Shown in pieces: positions 1 through 14,646 of a DNA stretch of 64,000 nt. This DNA comes from the human T2T-CHM13v2.0 reference genome, Homo sapiens, in NCBI RefSeq assembly GCF_009914755.1, contig NC_060931.1. One strand, given 5' to 3'. A program made the translations under genes and the position numbers. The notes below the pieces were generated by a model. The model was given only the letters and a program-made list of their open reading frames with translations, searched no databases and had not been told where the DNA came from. The first letter of the stretch is position 1; each line of letters opens with the position of its first letter.

Positions 1-1660
1 ATCTCTACCTTATTTATTTACCAATATAACAACAAAGAGTAATGGATTAAAAGGAGTAATATATAAAATAAGAGTTAAATAAATTTTGAAAAGAAACAAA
101 GGCATCTAAGAAATAAAAAAATTACAAGTTCCTAAGAGTACATTAGACTGAAAGTAAAATAAAATCTATTGAGCAAAGAAATAGAAATAGCTGAATTATG
201 AAATTGAAACAATTAAAGGGGTATAAAATATTAGAGAAAAATAGGCAAGATTAAAGAGATAAGGTAGGCTAAGTAGATCCATTACATACATTTGGAATTC
301 ATAAAGAACAACAGCAATACAATGAAAAAATCTAATATTTAACACTATGTTCGATAACTGTCTTGAAATGAGGATAGTTTTGAATATACATAATGAAAGG
401 ATCCACTGTGTATCTGGGAAAGTGACCTGGAACAGATACACCTGTGACAAAACTATTAGACTTTGAAGGTAAAGAAAAAATTCCAGGAATATAAAATACC
501 ACATACAAGAAATGTAAATCATGCCAGTATCAGATTTGTTAATAGAACCAATAAGCAAGAGAGCAATTTATTTTCCTAATTATTTCCTTTAATTAGGAAA
601 CAGGGAGACAAAGGATGACTGAGAAAATATTTTTCGAAAGAACTGTTGGGAAACACAACCATATTTTAATATCAAATGAGGAAGATTTCAGTACAAAAAT
701 GATAATTAAAATAATTAATTAAAAATAAAATGATAATTAAAAAAATAAAAAAAAGATTTTTAATTCTAAATGCCCAATTCTGGTAAGGTCATACATTTAC
801 GAATGTCTGTGCATCATGTAATATAACAATTACCTTCATAAAATAGAGACTACATGAGGTGAAAGGAGAAATAAAATACACACAAAACATTGAGAGACTT
901 TAATACTATTCTCAGTCCTTAGGACAACTGGGCAAAAAGTAAGAATAAAAGGATTTAACACAGTCAGTAAAGCAGACCTTACAGATATATATGTAGATTC
1001 TCACACACCAGAAGTAAAAAATATTTTTTCTTCTCATAATTCTTTTAAGAGACATATGAATCTTTAAAGAAAATACTATAATCCCATATTCTGGGGGTTA
1101 TAGCATCTATAGATTTAATTTATGTGATAATGGTGTAGTGGATAGGAGCACAAATGTAAGTGTACTTTTCCAAGGCTCTTACATTTTATGTGAAGTGTTG
1201 CAGTATCAACTCTTAATAGACTGTGAAATTTAAGGGTGCATAGTATAATCTCAATAACAAACACTATAATAATCCAAAAAGGTATGTCTAATGTGTCAAT
1301 AAAGGAATTAAAATAAAAACTTAAAAGTATTTAGTTTATCTAGAAGGTGATAGGAAAGGGAAATAGAAGAAAAACTATAGATGGGACAAATTTAAAGAGA
1401 CAGGAAAATGGTACACCTAAATAAAAAAATCAATAGTTAATATTCTATGTAAATAGACTAAACACTACAAATAAAAGTCAGAGATTGTCACACCAATTCT
1501 ATGATGTCTACATGTGATATACTTTAAATTAAAGACAGATTGAAATTACAGTGATGAAAAAAGTTATTCAAACAGTAAGCTTAAGAAACCTGGAGGTGTT
1601 AGGCAACATTAGAAAGAGTAGACTTTAAGGCAAGAAATACTACCAGATATAGAGAGACTG
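1..1660 (+). mobile_element. Degenerate old L1M ORF1/ORF2-start fragments
   Basis: A-rich, with L1-like pieces (atgtaaatagactaaac, agagtagactttaaggcaag); no intact ORF. Confidence 0.6.
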
Positions 1661-1669
1661 TCATCAGAT

Positions 1670-1832
1670 TTCAGGATAATCTCCCCATATCAAAAGCCTT
1701 AATTTAATAATATTTTCAAAGTCCCTTTTTTGCCATACAAGGTAAAAATGCCTTTTGAGTGCCATATATTCAGTTTCTGAGGATTAGGATATGGATATCA
1801 TTTGGTGGGAAGCATTATTCAGCCTACCGCAG
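1670..1832. mobile_element. MLT1-type MaLR LTR fragment
   Basis: ataatctcccca...aagtccctttt...ggattaggat...cattattcagcctacc terminus. Confidence 0.6.
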
Positions 1833-2448
1833 CCTGTAATTAAAAGCTTCTCTACACTTCCAAGCACTTGGGAATTGTTTAAAAAAAATAAAATAAATAA
1901 GTAAGTAAGTAAGTAAGTAAATAAATAAATAAATAAAAGCTTTCCTACAAAGGCAATTACTGGCCTGGATGTTCTCACTGATGAACACTTCTTAGCAATG
2001 TAGAAATAAATAATATTAATTTTTCCATAAAATAAAAAAAGACATCCCAGTTTGTTTGATGATAACCAAAATTACCTTGATACCAAAATCTGACAAAGAC
2101 CTTACAAGAAAGGAAAACTCTAGGCCAGTATCTCTCATAACCATAAACATCCTGAATAAAAAGTTAGCAAATAGAATTCGGCAGTATATACGAGGGAGAA
2201 TATGTTCCACAATTTCCCCGTAATCTTTCCAAGTCAATTTTCCCCAGGAACAAAGCAATCACTGTGGGGATTTCTTTAAACGTGGATTATGATGCTTTTT
2301 GCCTATTCTAGAGCATTATGTGATGAGTCATAGTATGCATTCTTTGGTGTCTGGCTTCTCTCATTCAGTGTCATGTATATGAGATTTGTCCATCTTGTGT
2401 GTACAGTTTGTTATTTTTCATTGCTAAATATTATTTTCTCATGAATAT

Positions 2449-3108
2449 ATAGTTGGTTCTCATTATTTGTGGTAGTTATGATCCATAGTCTCTGGGAATA
2501 CTAAATTAATGAATACTGAATCATTGCTCCTAGGGAATTACAGGGATAGGTTACTGCGAGCCTCTTGTTACAATATTTTTGCCAACTGATCAATACATAA
2601 CCTTTTCAAAATGTATGTTTCCTCTTAAAGACACCTTATTTAATATATATTGTTGATTCATTAACACTGAGCTCATGGCTCACAGCACTATACCTTACAC
2701 CAGAATGAAGCATATTTAACACATGCATTTTCTCTGTAAGGCACATCACAGCCTTCTTGAATTTAGGAACACTAGACAGAACTTTGGCATTATGCTTAGG
2801 AGCCATTTCAAAAAGCAAAATCACCAGCAAAAAGTACAAAAATGCAAAAAAAAAATGTGGCACTGAAGACCATCAGGAGGACACTTGCTTACAGGATGAG
2901 AACAAAAAGAAGGCAGAGTGTTGTCTTATTCTGTCTCGGCTGGAAACGAGTGTAACGGGTGACTTAAAACTTTCACAGGTCTGTGCATACTTGTACATGT
3001 CAGCCAATAGCCCTAGAAGAACTACAAATAATGATTTTACAGTTACAAATAAATTTATTGAGTAGGTGAATTCACAAATACAGAGCCATGAATAATGAGG
3101 ATCAGCCT
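2449..3108. mobile_element. Tigger-family DNA transposon (MER82-like)
   Basis: Terminal inverted repeats (tagttggttctcattatt / aataatgaggatcagc). The 2636-2863 (-) ORF resembles a Tigger transposase N-terminal HTH. A left-end remnant is also present at ~11026-11090. Confidence 0.7.
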
Positions 3109-6100
3109 ACCATTCTCTTGTTGATGGGTATTCGTGTTGTGTCATAATTGGCTACAATGAATTAAACTGCTATGAACCTTCTAATACAAGTCTTTATGAG
3201 GACATGTGTTTTCATTTCTCTCAGTAAAATACTTGGGAGTGGAATTTTTCCATTATAGGGAGGTGTATACTTTCAAGAAACTGACAAAACTCTTTTCAAA
3301 TGAGTTTTACTGTGTTATACTCCCCTCTACTTCTGAAATCTTTACTGGGCCAATGTGGCATTAAGCAAAACATGGAGGATATCTAAAGAAATGGAACCAT
3401 GCCCTGAATGAGGTAAGTTGTTTCTGCAATAAGGGTTCTCAGAGAAAGGTTCCATCCTTCTTGGATTTCCTCATTCACCAGGGGCCTTCCTTACTCCAGC
3501 AGTCATTACACAACCAACACTGCTGCTCCAAGGCCAAGACTCCCTGGGCAGCTGTCAGCATTGTTCCCATGGGGATGAGGACCGCTGGGTTGTGTCCTTA
3601 CCTCACAATGTGATTACTGACTCCTCATCCATTAGTGTCATTTCTGAACCTGCACTGGGTTAACACTAGGAAATAAAAACTTCCCACCCACTTCTTGCAG
3701 GAGGCTGTGTGGGTAAGCTCAACATAATCTTATTTCAAGAGATCATAAATTGATTGGTACAACTTTTTGGAAGGTGATTTGATAACAGCTAGTAAAATTT
3801 AGTATAATAATTTAGCAAGATACAAGTGTAAAAATGTATGGGCTTACATGTGAAGGTATTTATTGCAGCATTATGCTGGTAAAAAATTGAAAACACAAAA
3901 TATTTGTTAGCAGGGTACTCATTAAGTAAATGATAGTTTTTTCATAAGGTGAATATTTAGTAATCATTTAAAATATGAGGGATATATAAATGCTAATATG
4001 GGAAGGCTTAATAAACACACACATATACACATATAACAAAAAGAAAGTTGCAGGCCAATATTTTACTAAAATATCAAGTTTTTAAAAGACCATAAAAGAT
4101 ACTCATGTATATGCATAGACAATTTCTGTATGGATGTACTAGAAACTAATAGTAGTGTTTAGCTCTAGCAGATGGATCAGCAAGATCAGGCATTGGTGAG
4201 AGAGGCATTTGCATTTTTGTTTTATATTCCTTCACAAAATTTTACTTTTCACATGAACTGTGCTATTTTTATGATAAATGAAAGTCATTTTTAAAATGTA
4301 AACATAAATATTTTAAATGTTATTTTGCTATTTTACTGAGTTTGCAAGCCATCTTTGCTTTTATATAGTAGTTTTTAATTTGCGTTTCTCAAATGTCGGC
4401 TCTTCAGCCTTTACGCCTACCCTTCAAGTAGCTCAGGGAGGAACCCTGCTAGCATATGAAGACCTGGAGGAGAAATGGTTGAACAGCCACAGTTGGAATG
4501 TATGCATGCTGGAGAGACTGGAATGGGCTGTGGCATTGGTTGACTGTGAGGTTGGTTTGTGTGGCAGATCCTCTCTTTGTTTCTCTCTAAGCAGGGTTCC
4601 CTTAACTATTGGCAGAGGGTATCTAGTGGCAGGAGTTCAGAGATCATCTGGAGAAGATGGGATCTATAAGGTCTTGGAGATAAGGATAACATTTTTGGCA
4701 AAGGCTATTTGATTGCCCCTTAGTTTTTGATGTGTCTTGGAGCCATTTGTCATGTCCTCTGCTTGGGGCTGCTTAGGCTCTGTAGGGCTAAATGGAGTCA
4801 GGGAGGGGCATAGAGGAGAGCAAGGTATTGGCTATTCACAGCCTGGAGTGCTTAGTAACATCCAAGACTTAAGGCCTGGGAGGAGGGCAACCTGGGTGTT
4901 GAGAAACTTTTGTCTGGGAGATTTCAGATTTTCCCATTATACCAACTTTTTCATGTTCTAAAATGTGATTAGCCTTGGGAAGGAAAGGTGAAAAGTTTCT
5001 CTGGCTTTCTCTTCACTGTGTTGCTGGGATTGCTTTGAACCTGGAAACATTCCGTTAGTGAATAAATTCTCCAGGGGACAGATTCGGGAGGTAAAGAAGG
5101 AGAGAAAAAGAAAGAAGGAGACAATTGGGCTTTCCACAGCATTATTACTGGACCTTTTCCTAGGGGCAGTGTGGGGACAGTTTTCACTATCACTAAGAGT
5201 AAAGACAGCAGCATCTTGTTGTAGCTCATGGAGACTGCTCAGCACTAGCCAGGCAGAAGGTAGCTTGGGCTGGTCCCTGGGGAGCAGTAGAACTTTCCAA
5301 GCCTTTCCCCTTCTCTGGAGGTGAGTGTCTTCTAGAGGTTCCTCTCTGTGAAGTAGAGAGTAGGAGACCATCATGATAGGAGGGCTGAGGCTTGGCTGCC
5401 TTCTAGAACAAGGATACCTAGAGCCTGAAGAGTAGACAGGGGAGTTGCATAGAGGATGAGCTCTGAAACAAATCCTCCCTCCAGGGCAGAGGGCAGATTC
5501 ATCTCTTCTCTGCCCCATGATGAAGAGAGGCACAGTGCTCTGCCACTACCTAAGTCTCTGCCCTCTCTTTTAGCCCTATTTCTTCTTCATATCTGCTTGC
5601 CATATTGTAGGGGAGCTCCACAAAGAGAGACTTATCTTTTTGACTGGGCAATACTTTAGTGAAGAGTGAATGGAGAGTCACATCTTACAACAGGAAAGAG
5701 AATCTGGTCAGGATGACTACTCTGTTTATTCATTCATTTATTTATTTATTCATCGCATAAATATTTAAAGTGTACTCACTGGCTCAGTGTCTTATTCTGT
5801 TCTTGAAACTGAAGATGTGACAATAAAAAAAAAAGAGGCGATCTTTTCTCAAGGTATTTTATTCTAATGTAAGATTCAGATTTCAAATGAATAAACAAGG
5901 AAAAGTTTAATATAATTTTAGAATAAGGTAGAGGATATATTGCCTCTAAACCATAGCTGTTTTCTTGTCTCCTGGACCCAGGGTGGAGGTCACATTGGGA
6001 GTTGGGAATTAAAATTCCAGCCTTTTCACTCCTTCTGGATTTCTCCTCCTCTGTATCATCTGATGACAAGAGGAATAACTCTCAGAGCCAGAGGTTGCTA

Positions 6101-6394
6101 ATTTGGAGCTGGCCATACTCTGCCTGCTTGAAGGAGACACATTCACTTAGTTAAAAGGTGGGGTATAACTTTCATCATAAAACAGAAAGAAAGAAGTGGG
6201 CAATCTACTCCCGCAAGCCAGCACACCAGAAGTCAGGGAAAGACTCAATACTGTGTCACAAAATTGCTCTTACTTTCTGACAATGGGCAGGTTAGACCCT
6301 ACCTCCAAGTCAGCCAGTTCTACCAATACAAAGAAATGATTATAAAGATAACTGAAGTGAAAACTTGAACAAGCAGAATGCAAATGTAGCCTAC

Positions 6395-6782
6395 TGTATT
6401 AGTCTGTTCTTACACTGCTATGAAGAAATACCCAAGACTTGGTAATTTATTAAGGGAAGAGGTTTAATCAACTCAGGGTTCTGCATTGCTGGGGCGGGGG
6501 GGGGGGTCTCAGGAAACTTACAATCATGGTGGAAGGCAAAGGAGAAGCAAGGACCTTCTTCACAGGGTGGCAGGACAGAGTGAGTGCAAGCAGAGGGAAT
6601 GCCAGATGCTTTTAAAACCACGAGATGTCATAAGACTCACTCACTATCATGAGAACAGCATGGGAGAAACCTGCCCTCATGATCCAATTACCTGCACCTA
6701 GTCCTGCCCTTGATACATGGGGATTATGGGGATTTCAATTCAAGATGAGATTTTTGGGTGGGGACAAAGCCAAACAATATCA
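6395..6782. mobile_element. MaLR solo LTR (THE1/MST)
   Basis: tgtattagtctgttct...gccaaacaatatca; absent from paralogous copy 2. Confidence 0.85.
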
Positions 6783-7312
6783 CTCACACTCAGAGGAAAC
6801 AAAGGAAAGAAGTAACCACATCTAAGTAGGATTTGCTAAAAATACTTTTGTATAACTGTTGAGATGCAGTAGGTTTTTGTATGACACGGACATAATAGGT
6901 AGAGAAGACAGTTTAGTTCCATTCAGGATGGAAGACATACATGAGCAGGTTGTGATCAAGGAAGTACTTAGGGTATCTGGTCAGAGCAGAGTTGGAGCTG
7001 AGATGTCCAGTGAATTGAGAGACAACAGTGCGTGCTGGGGTGGATGGGTTTTCATGCCTGTGGTGCAGTGTTGGTGACCAGTGCTTATCTTCTTGGACAT
7101 ATACATTTATCTACCATTCTACCTACCTATCTATTCTTCATAAAACATTTAACATCAACCTTGTATAGAGTCATGGTGTGGAGCCTAGAAGCCGGAGGGG
7201 AATATTTTCTCAATCTGGAAATGTCTTTAGTCCTTTTGTGATCAGAAGCAGTCTCATTTTTTTTTTTTTTGGCTCTTTCCATTTCACAAGGAGCAAATCC
7301 TCAGGACTAAAT

Positions 7313-7792
7313 ATGTGGGAGTCACAGTGGTGCTACTGAATTTTGTCTCTTAGGCTTCCCTGGCTCCCAGTAAGTATGCCATTTGTTACCTTCTTCCTTT
7401 GTCAGTGATTGTAATAAGAAATTATGTAATCATCATAGTGTGTGTTGAGAAATGCCTGCTGTTCCTCCTATATTTATTCTATGGTGACCTCTCTGTCATG
7501 GAAATCCTTATCACATATACTGCTGTTCCCTTGATGCTCAGGGGTTCTTACTTTCCATGATTCAAACAATACCTTTAATGACATGTGCTGTCCAACTCTA
7601 TATGAACTTTTTTGGGGGTACACAAAATTTGCATTACTGGGAGTGATGACTGTGAACCATTATGTGGCTCTCTGTAACTCTTTGAAGTAAAACATCATTA
7701 TGAGCAGACACACTGCATCTGGCTGGTAATTGTATTATTGATTGGGTTCCTTTCTGAAATCTGGTCAGTCTATGCCACATTTCAGCTCCCTT
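7313..7792 (+). pseudogene. OR9N1P: Truncated OR9-family pseudogene (N-terminal half only)
   Basis: Homologous to OR9A4 5' half (GCTACTGAATTT...GGCTTCCCTGGCTC; TTTGCATTACTGGGAGTGATG; TATGTGGC; AACATCATTATGAG; TTTCAGCT). In-frame TAA at 7371-7373, frameshifts, and homology stops at ~7792 where L1 sequence begins. Symbol assigned from recalled gene order. Confidence 0.8.
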
Positions 7793-8230
7793 CAAATCAA
7801 CTCAAAATGAATTAAAAACTTAAATGCAAGAGCTGAAAGCTGAAACTGCCTTAAAAAGAGGGATATCTTGCCATATTTGACAACAAGGATGAACCTAGAG
7901 GACATGCTAAGTGAAATAAACAGAAGGACAATATCCCACAAATGTAAGGTACCTAAAATAGTCCAACTCATAAGAGCAGAAAATAGAATGGTTTTTCCAG
8001 GGGAAAATGGGGAGTTGCTGTTCAATGGGTATAAAGTTTTAATAATACAAGAGAGTAGCTTCTAGAGATCTGATGTATAACATTGTGCCTATAGTTAACA
8101 ATACTGTATTGTGCACTTAAAAATTTGTTAAGAGGGGTAGATTTCATGGTAAGTCTTCTTACCACAATAAACAACAACAACAACAGTAACAATAAAGGGG
8201 CAGGAATAACTCCTTAAAAATGATTAATAG

Positions 8231-8537
<307 letters not shown>

Positions 8538-9286
8538 TTAATTGTGGTGATGGGTTCATAGGTGTACACTTATTTCCAAGTTCATCAAATTGTTTACTTT
8601 AAATGTGTGCAGTTTTCTCTATATCAACCATTCCTCAATAAAGCTGTTAAAAATTTAAAAATCTACCATAAGCAAGACAGTATGTTTTGGGCAAAAGAAT
8701 AGAGAATTAGATCAATGAAGCATAACAGAGAGCCCAGAAATAGACCCACACAAATATAGTCAATGAATCTTTAATAAAAGAAGAAAGGCAATCCAATGAG
8801 AAAGGATAATCTTTTCGACAAATGTTGCTGGAATGACTGGAAATCCAAACCAAACAGACAAACAAAATTTAGACACAGACTTTATACCTTTGGCAAAAAA
8901 TTAACTCTACTTGGATCATAAACCTAAATGTGAAATGTAAAGCTTTACAACTCTAAAACAAAACATAGAAAAACCTAGGTGACCTTGGCTTTTGTAGTGA
9001 CTTTTTAGCTACAATACCAAAAGCACAATATGTGAAAGAAAGACTTAAGAGAATGAGAAGAAGAGACACAGTTTGGAAGAAAATACTTGCAAAACACATA
9101 CACATTACAGAACATGTATCACAAATATACAAAAACCTCAAAACTCAACAAGAAACTACTTGGTTACAAAAATGGGGAAATATCTGAATAGATCACTAAA
9201 GAACATGTATAGATGACAAATAAGCATGTGAAAAGATGTTCCACATCATATGTCATCAGGGAATTGGAAATTAAAACAACAATGAG

Positions 9287-9409
9287 GCCAGGCACGGTGG
9301 CTCATGCCCATAATCCTAGCACTTTGGGAAGCCAAGGCAGGTTGATCACCTGAGGTCAGGAGTTCGAGACCAGCCTAGCCAACATGGCAAAACCCCACCT
9401 CTACTAAAA

Positions 9410-9454
<45 letters not shown>

Positions 9455-9655
9455 GGCATGGTGGTGGGTGCCTGTAATCCCAGCTACTAGGTAGCCTGAG
9501 GCAGGAGAATCGCTAGAATCCTGGGGGTGGAGGTGGAGGTTGCAGGGAGCCGAGATAATGCCACTGCACTACAGCCTGGGTAACAGGGTGAGACGCCGTC
9601 TAAAATAAAATAAAATAAAATAAGATAAAATAAAAATAAAATAAAATAAAATAAC
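9287..9655 (+). mobile_element. Alu with (CA)n in the middle linker (9411-9451) and (TAAAA)n tail
   Basis: Alu dimer sequence; TSD aacaacaa. Confidence 0.92.
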
Positions 9656-12360
9656 AACAAGACACCACTGCACACCTAGTAAGTGGCTAAAATCCAAAAC
9701 ACCAGATGCTGGTGAGGATGTGGACCAACAGGAACTCTCAGTCATTGCTGGTGGGAATGCGACATGGTACAGCCACGTTGGAAGACAGTTTGGTACTTCC
9801 AAAAGTTTGGTACTTTCTTACAAATTTTAGCACACAATCCAGTAATAGTTCTCCTTGATATATACCCAAATGAGTTGAAAATTAATCTCCACACAAAAAC
9901 TACTACGTGAATATTTATAGCAGCTCTATTCATAATCGTCCCAAGTCAGAGGCAATCAAGATGTCCATTATGGTCGGATTTTTGTGCCTCTAAATTCATC
10001 CCTTGTAGACTTAACCCACAGTACCTTAGAATGTGAACTTATTTGGAAATAAGGTTGTTGCAGGTGTTATTAGGTAGTATAAGGTCATAATGGAGTAGGG
10101 TGGGCTCCTAAGCATATGACTGATATTCTTATGAAAAGAATGCCACTTGAAGACATACACGGGAAAAAATGACTTGTGAACTTAAAATATAAACCAGAAA
10201 AGAAATAGAAAAAAAATCAACAAAGCCAAAGTAAAGTCTCTGAAAAAATTAATAAAATGGATAAATCCCTAGCAAGAATAATAAGGAAGCAAAAGCACAC
10301 AAAGTAACAATATCAGAAATGGGAACAAGGGATATCATAACAGAGACAGTGAACCTTGAAAGCATGAAAATGAGTATGAGCAACTTTATGCCAATAAACC
10401 CAACAATTTAGATGAACTAAGCAATTCTCTTGAACACAATTCTTCAAAATGGACACAAACTGAAGTAGAAATTCTGAATAGTCACATAGCTATTAAATAC
10501 ATGGAACCCGTAATTAAAAACTTTCTCACAAATAAAACTCCTGGCCTAAATGTTCTCAATGATGAACTTTGCCAAACGATTTAGGAGGAAATAATGCAAA
10601 TGTTTTTTTCCCATAAAATAGGAAAAGAGGGCTTATTTTTCCATTCATTTATGATAGCTCAAACCTGACAAGGACCTTACAAGAAAGGAAAACCACAGAC
10701 CAATATCTCTCATTAACATAGAGGCCTAAATGAAAAGTGGACCAAATATATTGCAGCAATTTAAAAAGGGATAGTATAGCCAAGAATTATCTCATAATCC
10801 TTCCCAGTCAATTTCCTTCCAAGAATTGCCTGGGATTTCTTTTATGGATTTTGTCCATTCTAGAGCATGTTACATTAGGACCATACATTAAGCATATTTT
10901 GGTGTCAGATTATTTTATGCAGTGTAATGTATCTGAAATTTGTTTATGTTGTATACATCAGTACTTTGTTACTTTTTTCCTGACCATTATTCCCTTATAT
11001 AAATACGTAGTTGACTCTCATTACTGGGGTTAGTTATGTCTTATAAAGTCGCTGGGATCACTGAATTAGCAAGTAGTGAATCATTGCTGAATAGTATTTC
11101 CTCATATGAATATCAAATTATCTTGTTGATGGGCATTTATTTTCTGTCATTAGTAGCTATAATAAATATACAATGAACATGATAACAGAAATATTTGTGA
11201 GGACATGTTTTCATTTGTATTAGGCAACTGCCTAGAAATAGAATTGGTAGGTCACAGAGTAGATGTATATTTAAGTTAATAAGAAACCAATGTTTTCCCA
11301 GGGGTTTTTATTATTTTACATTCCTTCCTACTGCTCCATTTTCTACTCTGCCACTGTATAGTTAATAACCCTGGAAACATGTCTGGAGAAACCGAACCAT
11401 GCCTTGACTTAGGGAATTTGGATCTGTAATTTGCTTTCTCAGACAAAGGTTCCATCCTCCTCGGACTTCCTCATTTCTCAGCACCCTTCCTTCACAGTTC
11501 TCCACCTGTCATAACATGACTCAGCACAGCCACCTGGGCAGCTGTCAGCACAGTTCCCATGACTGAGAAGCCACAGTTGGAATGTCTGCATGTTGCAAAC
11601 AGTGGAATGGGTGTAGCATGAACAGTCCATGAGGTTGAAGCAGGTGGCAGACCCTGTCTATTACTCACTTAGCAGGGTTCCCATAACTATGGGCAGAGGA
11701 TTTCTGATAGGAGTGCAGAGATCATCTGGAAACACGTGCTTCATAATACTTGGAAATGAAGAGAAAATTTTTGATAAAATTCCATTTGGTGGCCTCTAGA
11801 ATTTTGCTCTGTGCCTAGGAGTCACTAGTGGGGCCATCATGGCGAGCGGGGAGCTTAGGCTCCACAGGGCCACGTGGAATCAGGGAGAGGCATGGAGCAG
11901 TTCAGGGGGCTAACCATTCACAGCCTGGGTTGCATGGTGATAACTCAGAGCCTGAAGGAAGGCAACCTGGAGTGTTGAGAGGTTCCTCATGAGGGAGATT
12001 TCAAGTTTGCCCATTAGACAACTTTTCGGTGTTCTAAAACTTGATTAACCTCAGGAGGGAAGGGTGAATGTTTTTGGCAGCTTTTCCTTGACAGCATCCC
12101 TGGTGTGTCTCTGAACTTGTACAAATTGTTCCTCAGTGAATACTCATCCTTGGAGACAGATAAGGGAGTGAGAGAAGGAAGCAAAGAGAAGGAGAGAGAT
12201 AGAGACAGTTGGACTCTCTCCTCAGCACTCGTATTTCTGGACTTTTGCATAAGCTTCTGTATGAGGACAGTATCCTTCACTCTGAATGGAGACAGAAGCA
12301 GCTGTTCCTGTCTCCTGAGCATAGCTCAGCACTAGGTGAGCGAGAGATAGCCTGGGCTGG

Positions 12361-12413
12361 TCCCTGGGGAGCAGTAGAACTTTCCAGTCCAGGCTGCTTC
12401 TCCGGAGGTGAGT
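12361..12413 (+). promoter_or_regulatory. OR9A4: Candidate OR9A4 promoter / 5' non-coding exon: O/E (EBF) site plus splice donor
   Basis: TCCCTGGGGA at 12361-12370 matches the Olf1/EBF consensus; GAG|GTGAGT donor with GT at 12408-12409. Both are conserved in copy 1 (5274-5283, 5321). Confidence 0.55.
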
Positions 12414-13905
12414 GTCTTCCAGAGGGGGTTCCTTTCTGTGAAGTAGACAGTAGGAGAGCATCATGATGGGAGGGCCGGGGCTTGGCTGCCTCCTAGAACA
12501 AGGATACCTAGAGCCTGAAGACTGGACAGTGGGAGTTGCATAGAGGATGAGCTCTACAGCAAAGCCTGTCTCCAGAGCAGAGGGCAGAATCATTTCTTCT
12601 CTGCCCTATGCTGGCGAGAGGCACAATGCTCTGCCACTACCCAAGTCCCTGCTCTCTCATTTCTCCCCATTCCTTCCATATATCTGCCTGCCACATAGTA
12701 GGGGAGCTCCAGGGAGAGAGATTGCAGGTTGACTTTATGTTGCTTCAGAGAAGAATGAATGGAGAGAAGAGTCAGGCTGTATAGTCCTTGTTCATTCACT
12801 GATTTTTTTTCTTTAATCTATTCATTGATATATTCATTTAAAATACAGAGTGCATACTCTGTTCTAGTGTCAGACTCTGTTCTTGGCACTGGTAATACAA
12901 GAGAGATGAAGTGAACGAGAAAGAGAAATGACCTACCTATGAAGTATTTAATTAAATATTGGATTTTGATGATAAATTAATAAACAAGTAATAGTATAAT
13001 GTGACTGGAGATATTGGTGAGGATAATTAGTATGAAAAATGTAGCCTAACACAGGTTTGAGAGGAAGGTGTGCCTGTATTGTTTTAGAGAAGCTGAGTGG
13101 GAAGGGGCCCATAAAGAGGAAACATTTGAGCAAATACCTGAATGTGGTAAGGGAAGGAGTCCAGACATTCTAAGGAGTTCAGAGTGATCCATTTTGGTGT
13201 CTTCTGACACTTTTTGTTGCCCCAGGACTCTGGAGAAAACAGGTGGTCACGGAGGAGCAGATCTGCTCTGTGGACCTTCCAAGCTGCTCTAACAGACTGA
13301 GACCATGGCAAGTTGGATGCAGGCACAGACTTCCCATTGGGAGGTCTTGTCTCTCTGCTGAAACTGGGGTGTTGAGAACTGGGAGATGCAGAGGATAAGT
13401 TACCTCCACACCACAGCTGTTTTCTTGTCTCCTGGCCCTAGGGTGGAGGCTGTGTTGGGAGTTGAGAATTAAAGTTCCAGCCTCTTCACTCCTGGACTTC
13501 TCCTCCTCCTCTTTGTCATCTCATAACAAGAGGAATCAAAATCTCAGAGCTAGAAATTGTTAACTGGGAGCTGATCAGACTCTGTCTGCGTGGGGGAGAC
13601 ACAGTCACTTAGATAAGAGGTGGGGATGGCTTTCATTATAAAAATAAAAGAGGAAGAAGTGGGTAATCCACTCAAGGGAGCTGGTATCCCAGAGGTCAGG
13701 GAAAAACTCAATACTTTGTCTTAAAATGGCTCTTACCTTGTGACAATGTCCTGGATAGACCTCACTTCCCGACATCACCCCCCAAAATGGTAAATATAAC
13801 TGAAGTGAAAACTTTTAAATGAACATAATGCAAATGGAGCCTGTGTTTAGAGGATACAGAAGAAAAAAGTAACCATGCCTGTGTGAGATTGGCTAGGAAT
13901 ACTTT

Positions 13906-14175
13906 ATTTATTTATTTTTTGAGACGGAGTCTCACTCTGTTGCCCAGGCTGGAGTGCAGTGGTGCGATCTCAGCTCAAGCAATTCTCCTGCCTCAGCCTC
14001 CTGAGTAGCTGGGATTACAGGCGCGCACCAACATGCCCAGCTAATTTTTGTATTTTTAGTAGAGACGAGGTTTCACCATGTTGGTCAAGCTGGTCTCAAA
14101 CTCCTGACCTGGTGATCCGCCTGCCTTGGCCTCACAAAGTATTGGGATTACAAGCGTGAGCCACCGCACCCAGCC
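13906..14175 (-). mobile_element. AluS with internal deletion
   Basis: TSD AGGAATACTTT at 13895-13905 and 14176-14186. Confidence 0.92.
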
Positions 14176-14567
14176 AGGAATACTTTCTTATAATTGTTTA
14201 GATGCATTAGGATTTGCAAGATGGAGACATAATAGGCAGAGAAGGCAATTTAGTTCCACCCAAGATGATAGAGGTGCTGGTGTAAGTGAACACATTGTGA
14301 TCATGGAAGCAGACAGGGTGGCCGGTGAGAGCAGAGTTGGAGGCAGATGTCCAGTGTATTGAGAAAGAGTGCATACTAGGGTGGGTGGGTTTTCATGTTT
14401 ACCATTTGGTATTCATAACTGGATTTCATCTTCTTGAACATATACATTTATCTTCAAAAGATATATATTCTTCATGAAGTATTTGACATCAACATCGTGT
14501 AGAAAATAGTAGAGTCAGGTTATGGAGTTGAGGAGCAGGAGAGGAATGTTTTTTCAACCTGAAATGT

Positions 14568-14616
14568 CCTTAATCTTTTTAGGATAAGCGGTTGTTCTCT
14601 CTCTTTTGCTCTCTAG
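14568..14616 (+). other. OR9A4: Splice acceptor 30 nt upstream of the OR9A4 ATG
   Basis: Branch-like CCTTAAT (14568-14574), pyrimidine tract, TAG| with AG at 14615-14616. Typical OR gene architecture. Confidence 0.65.
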
Positions 14617-14646
14617 ATTTCACAAGGAACAAGGGCTTAGAACTAA

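Larger units (their letters stand above)
1835..7792 (+). repeat. Ancient tandem duplication, copy 1 (paralogous to ~10510-15150)
   Basis: Collinear anchors: ctgacaa(a/g)gaccttacaagaaaggaaaac 2090/10664; aaaggttccatcct ~3445/11445; cctgggcagctgtcagca 3543/11533; agccacagttggaatgt 4485/11569; tccctggggagcagtagaactttcca 5274/12361; agctgttttcttgtctcctgg ~5955/13414; then the OR coding starts. Confidence 0.9.

Noticed and set aside
6491-6506. Poly-G run with G-quadruplex potential
   Set aside because: A homopolymer expansion inside a THE1/MST LTR with no functional context.
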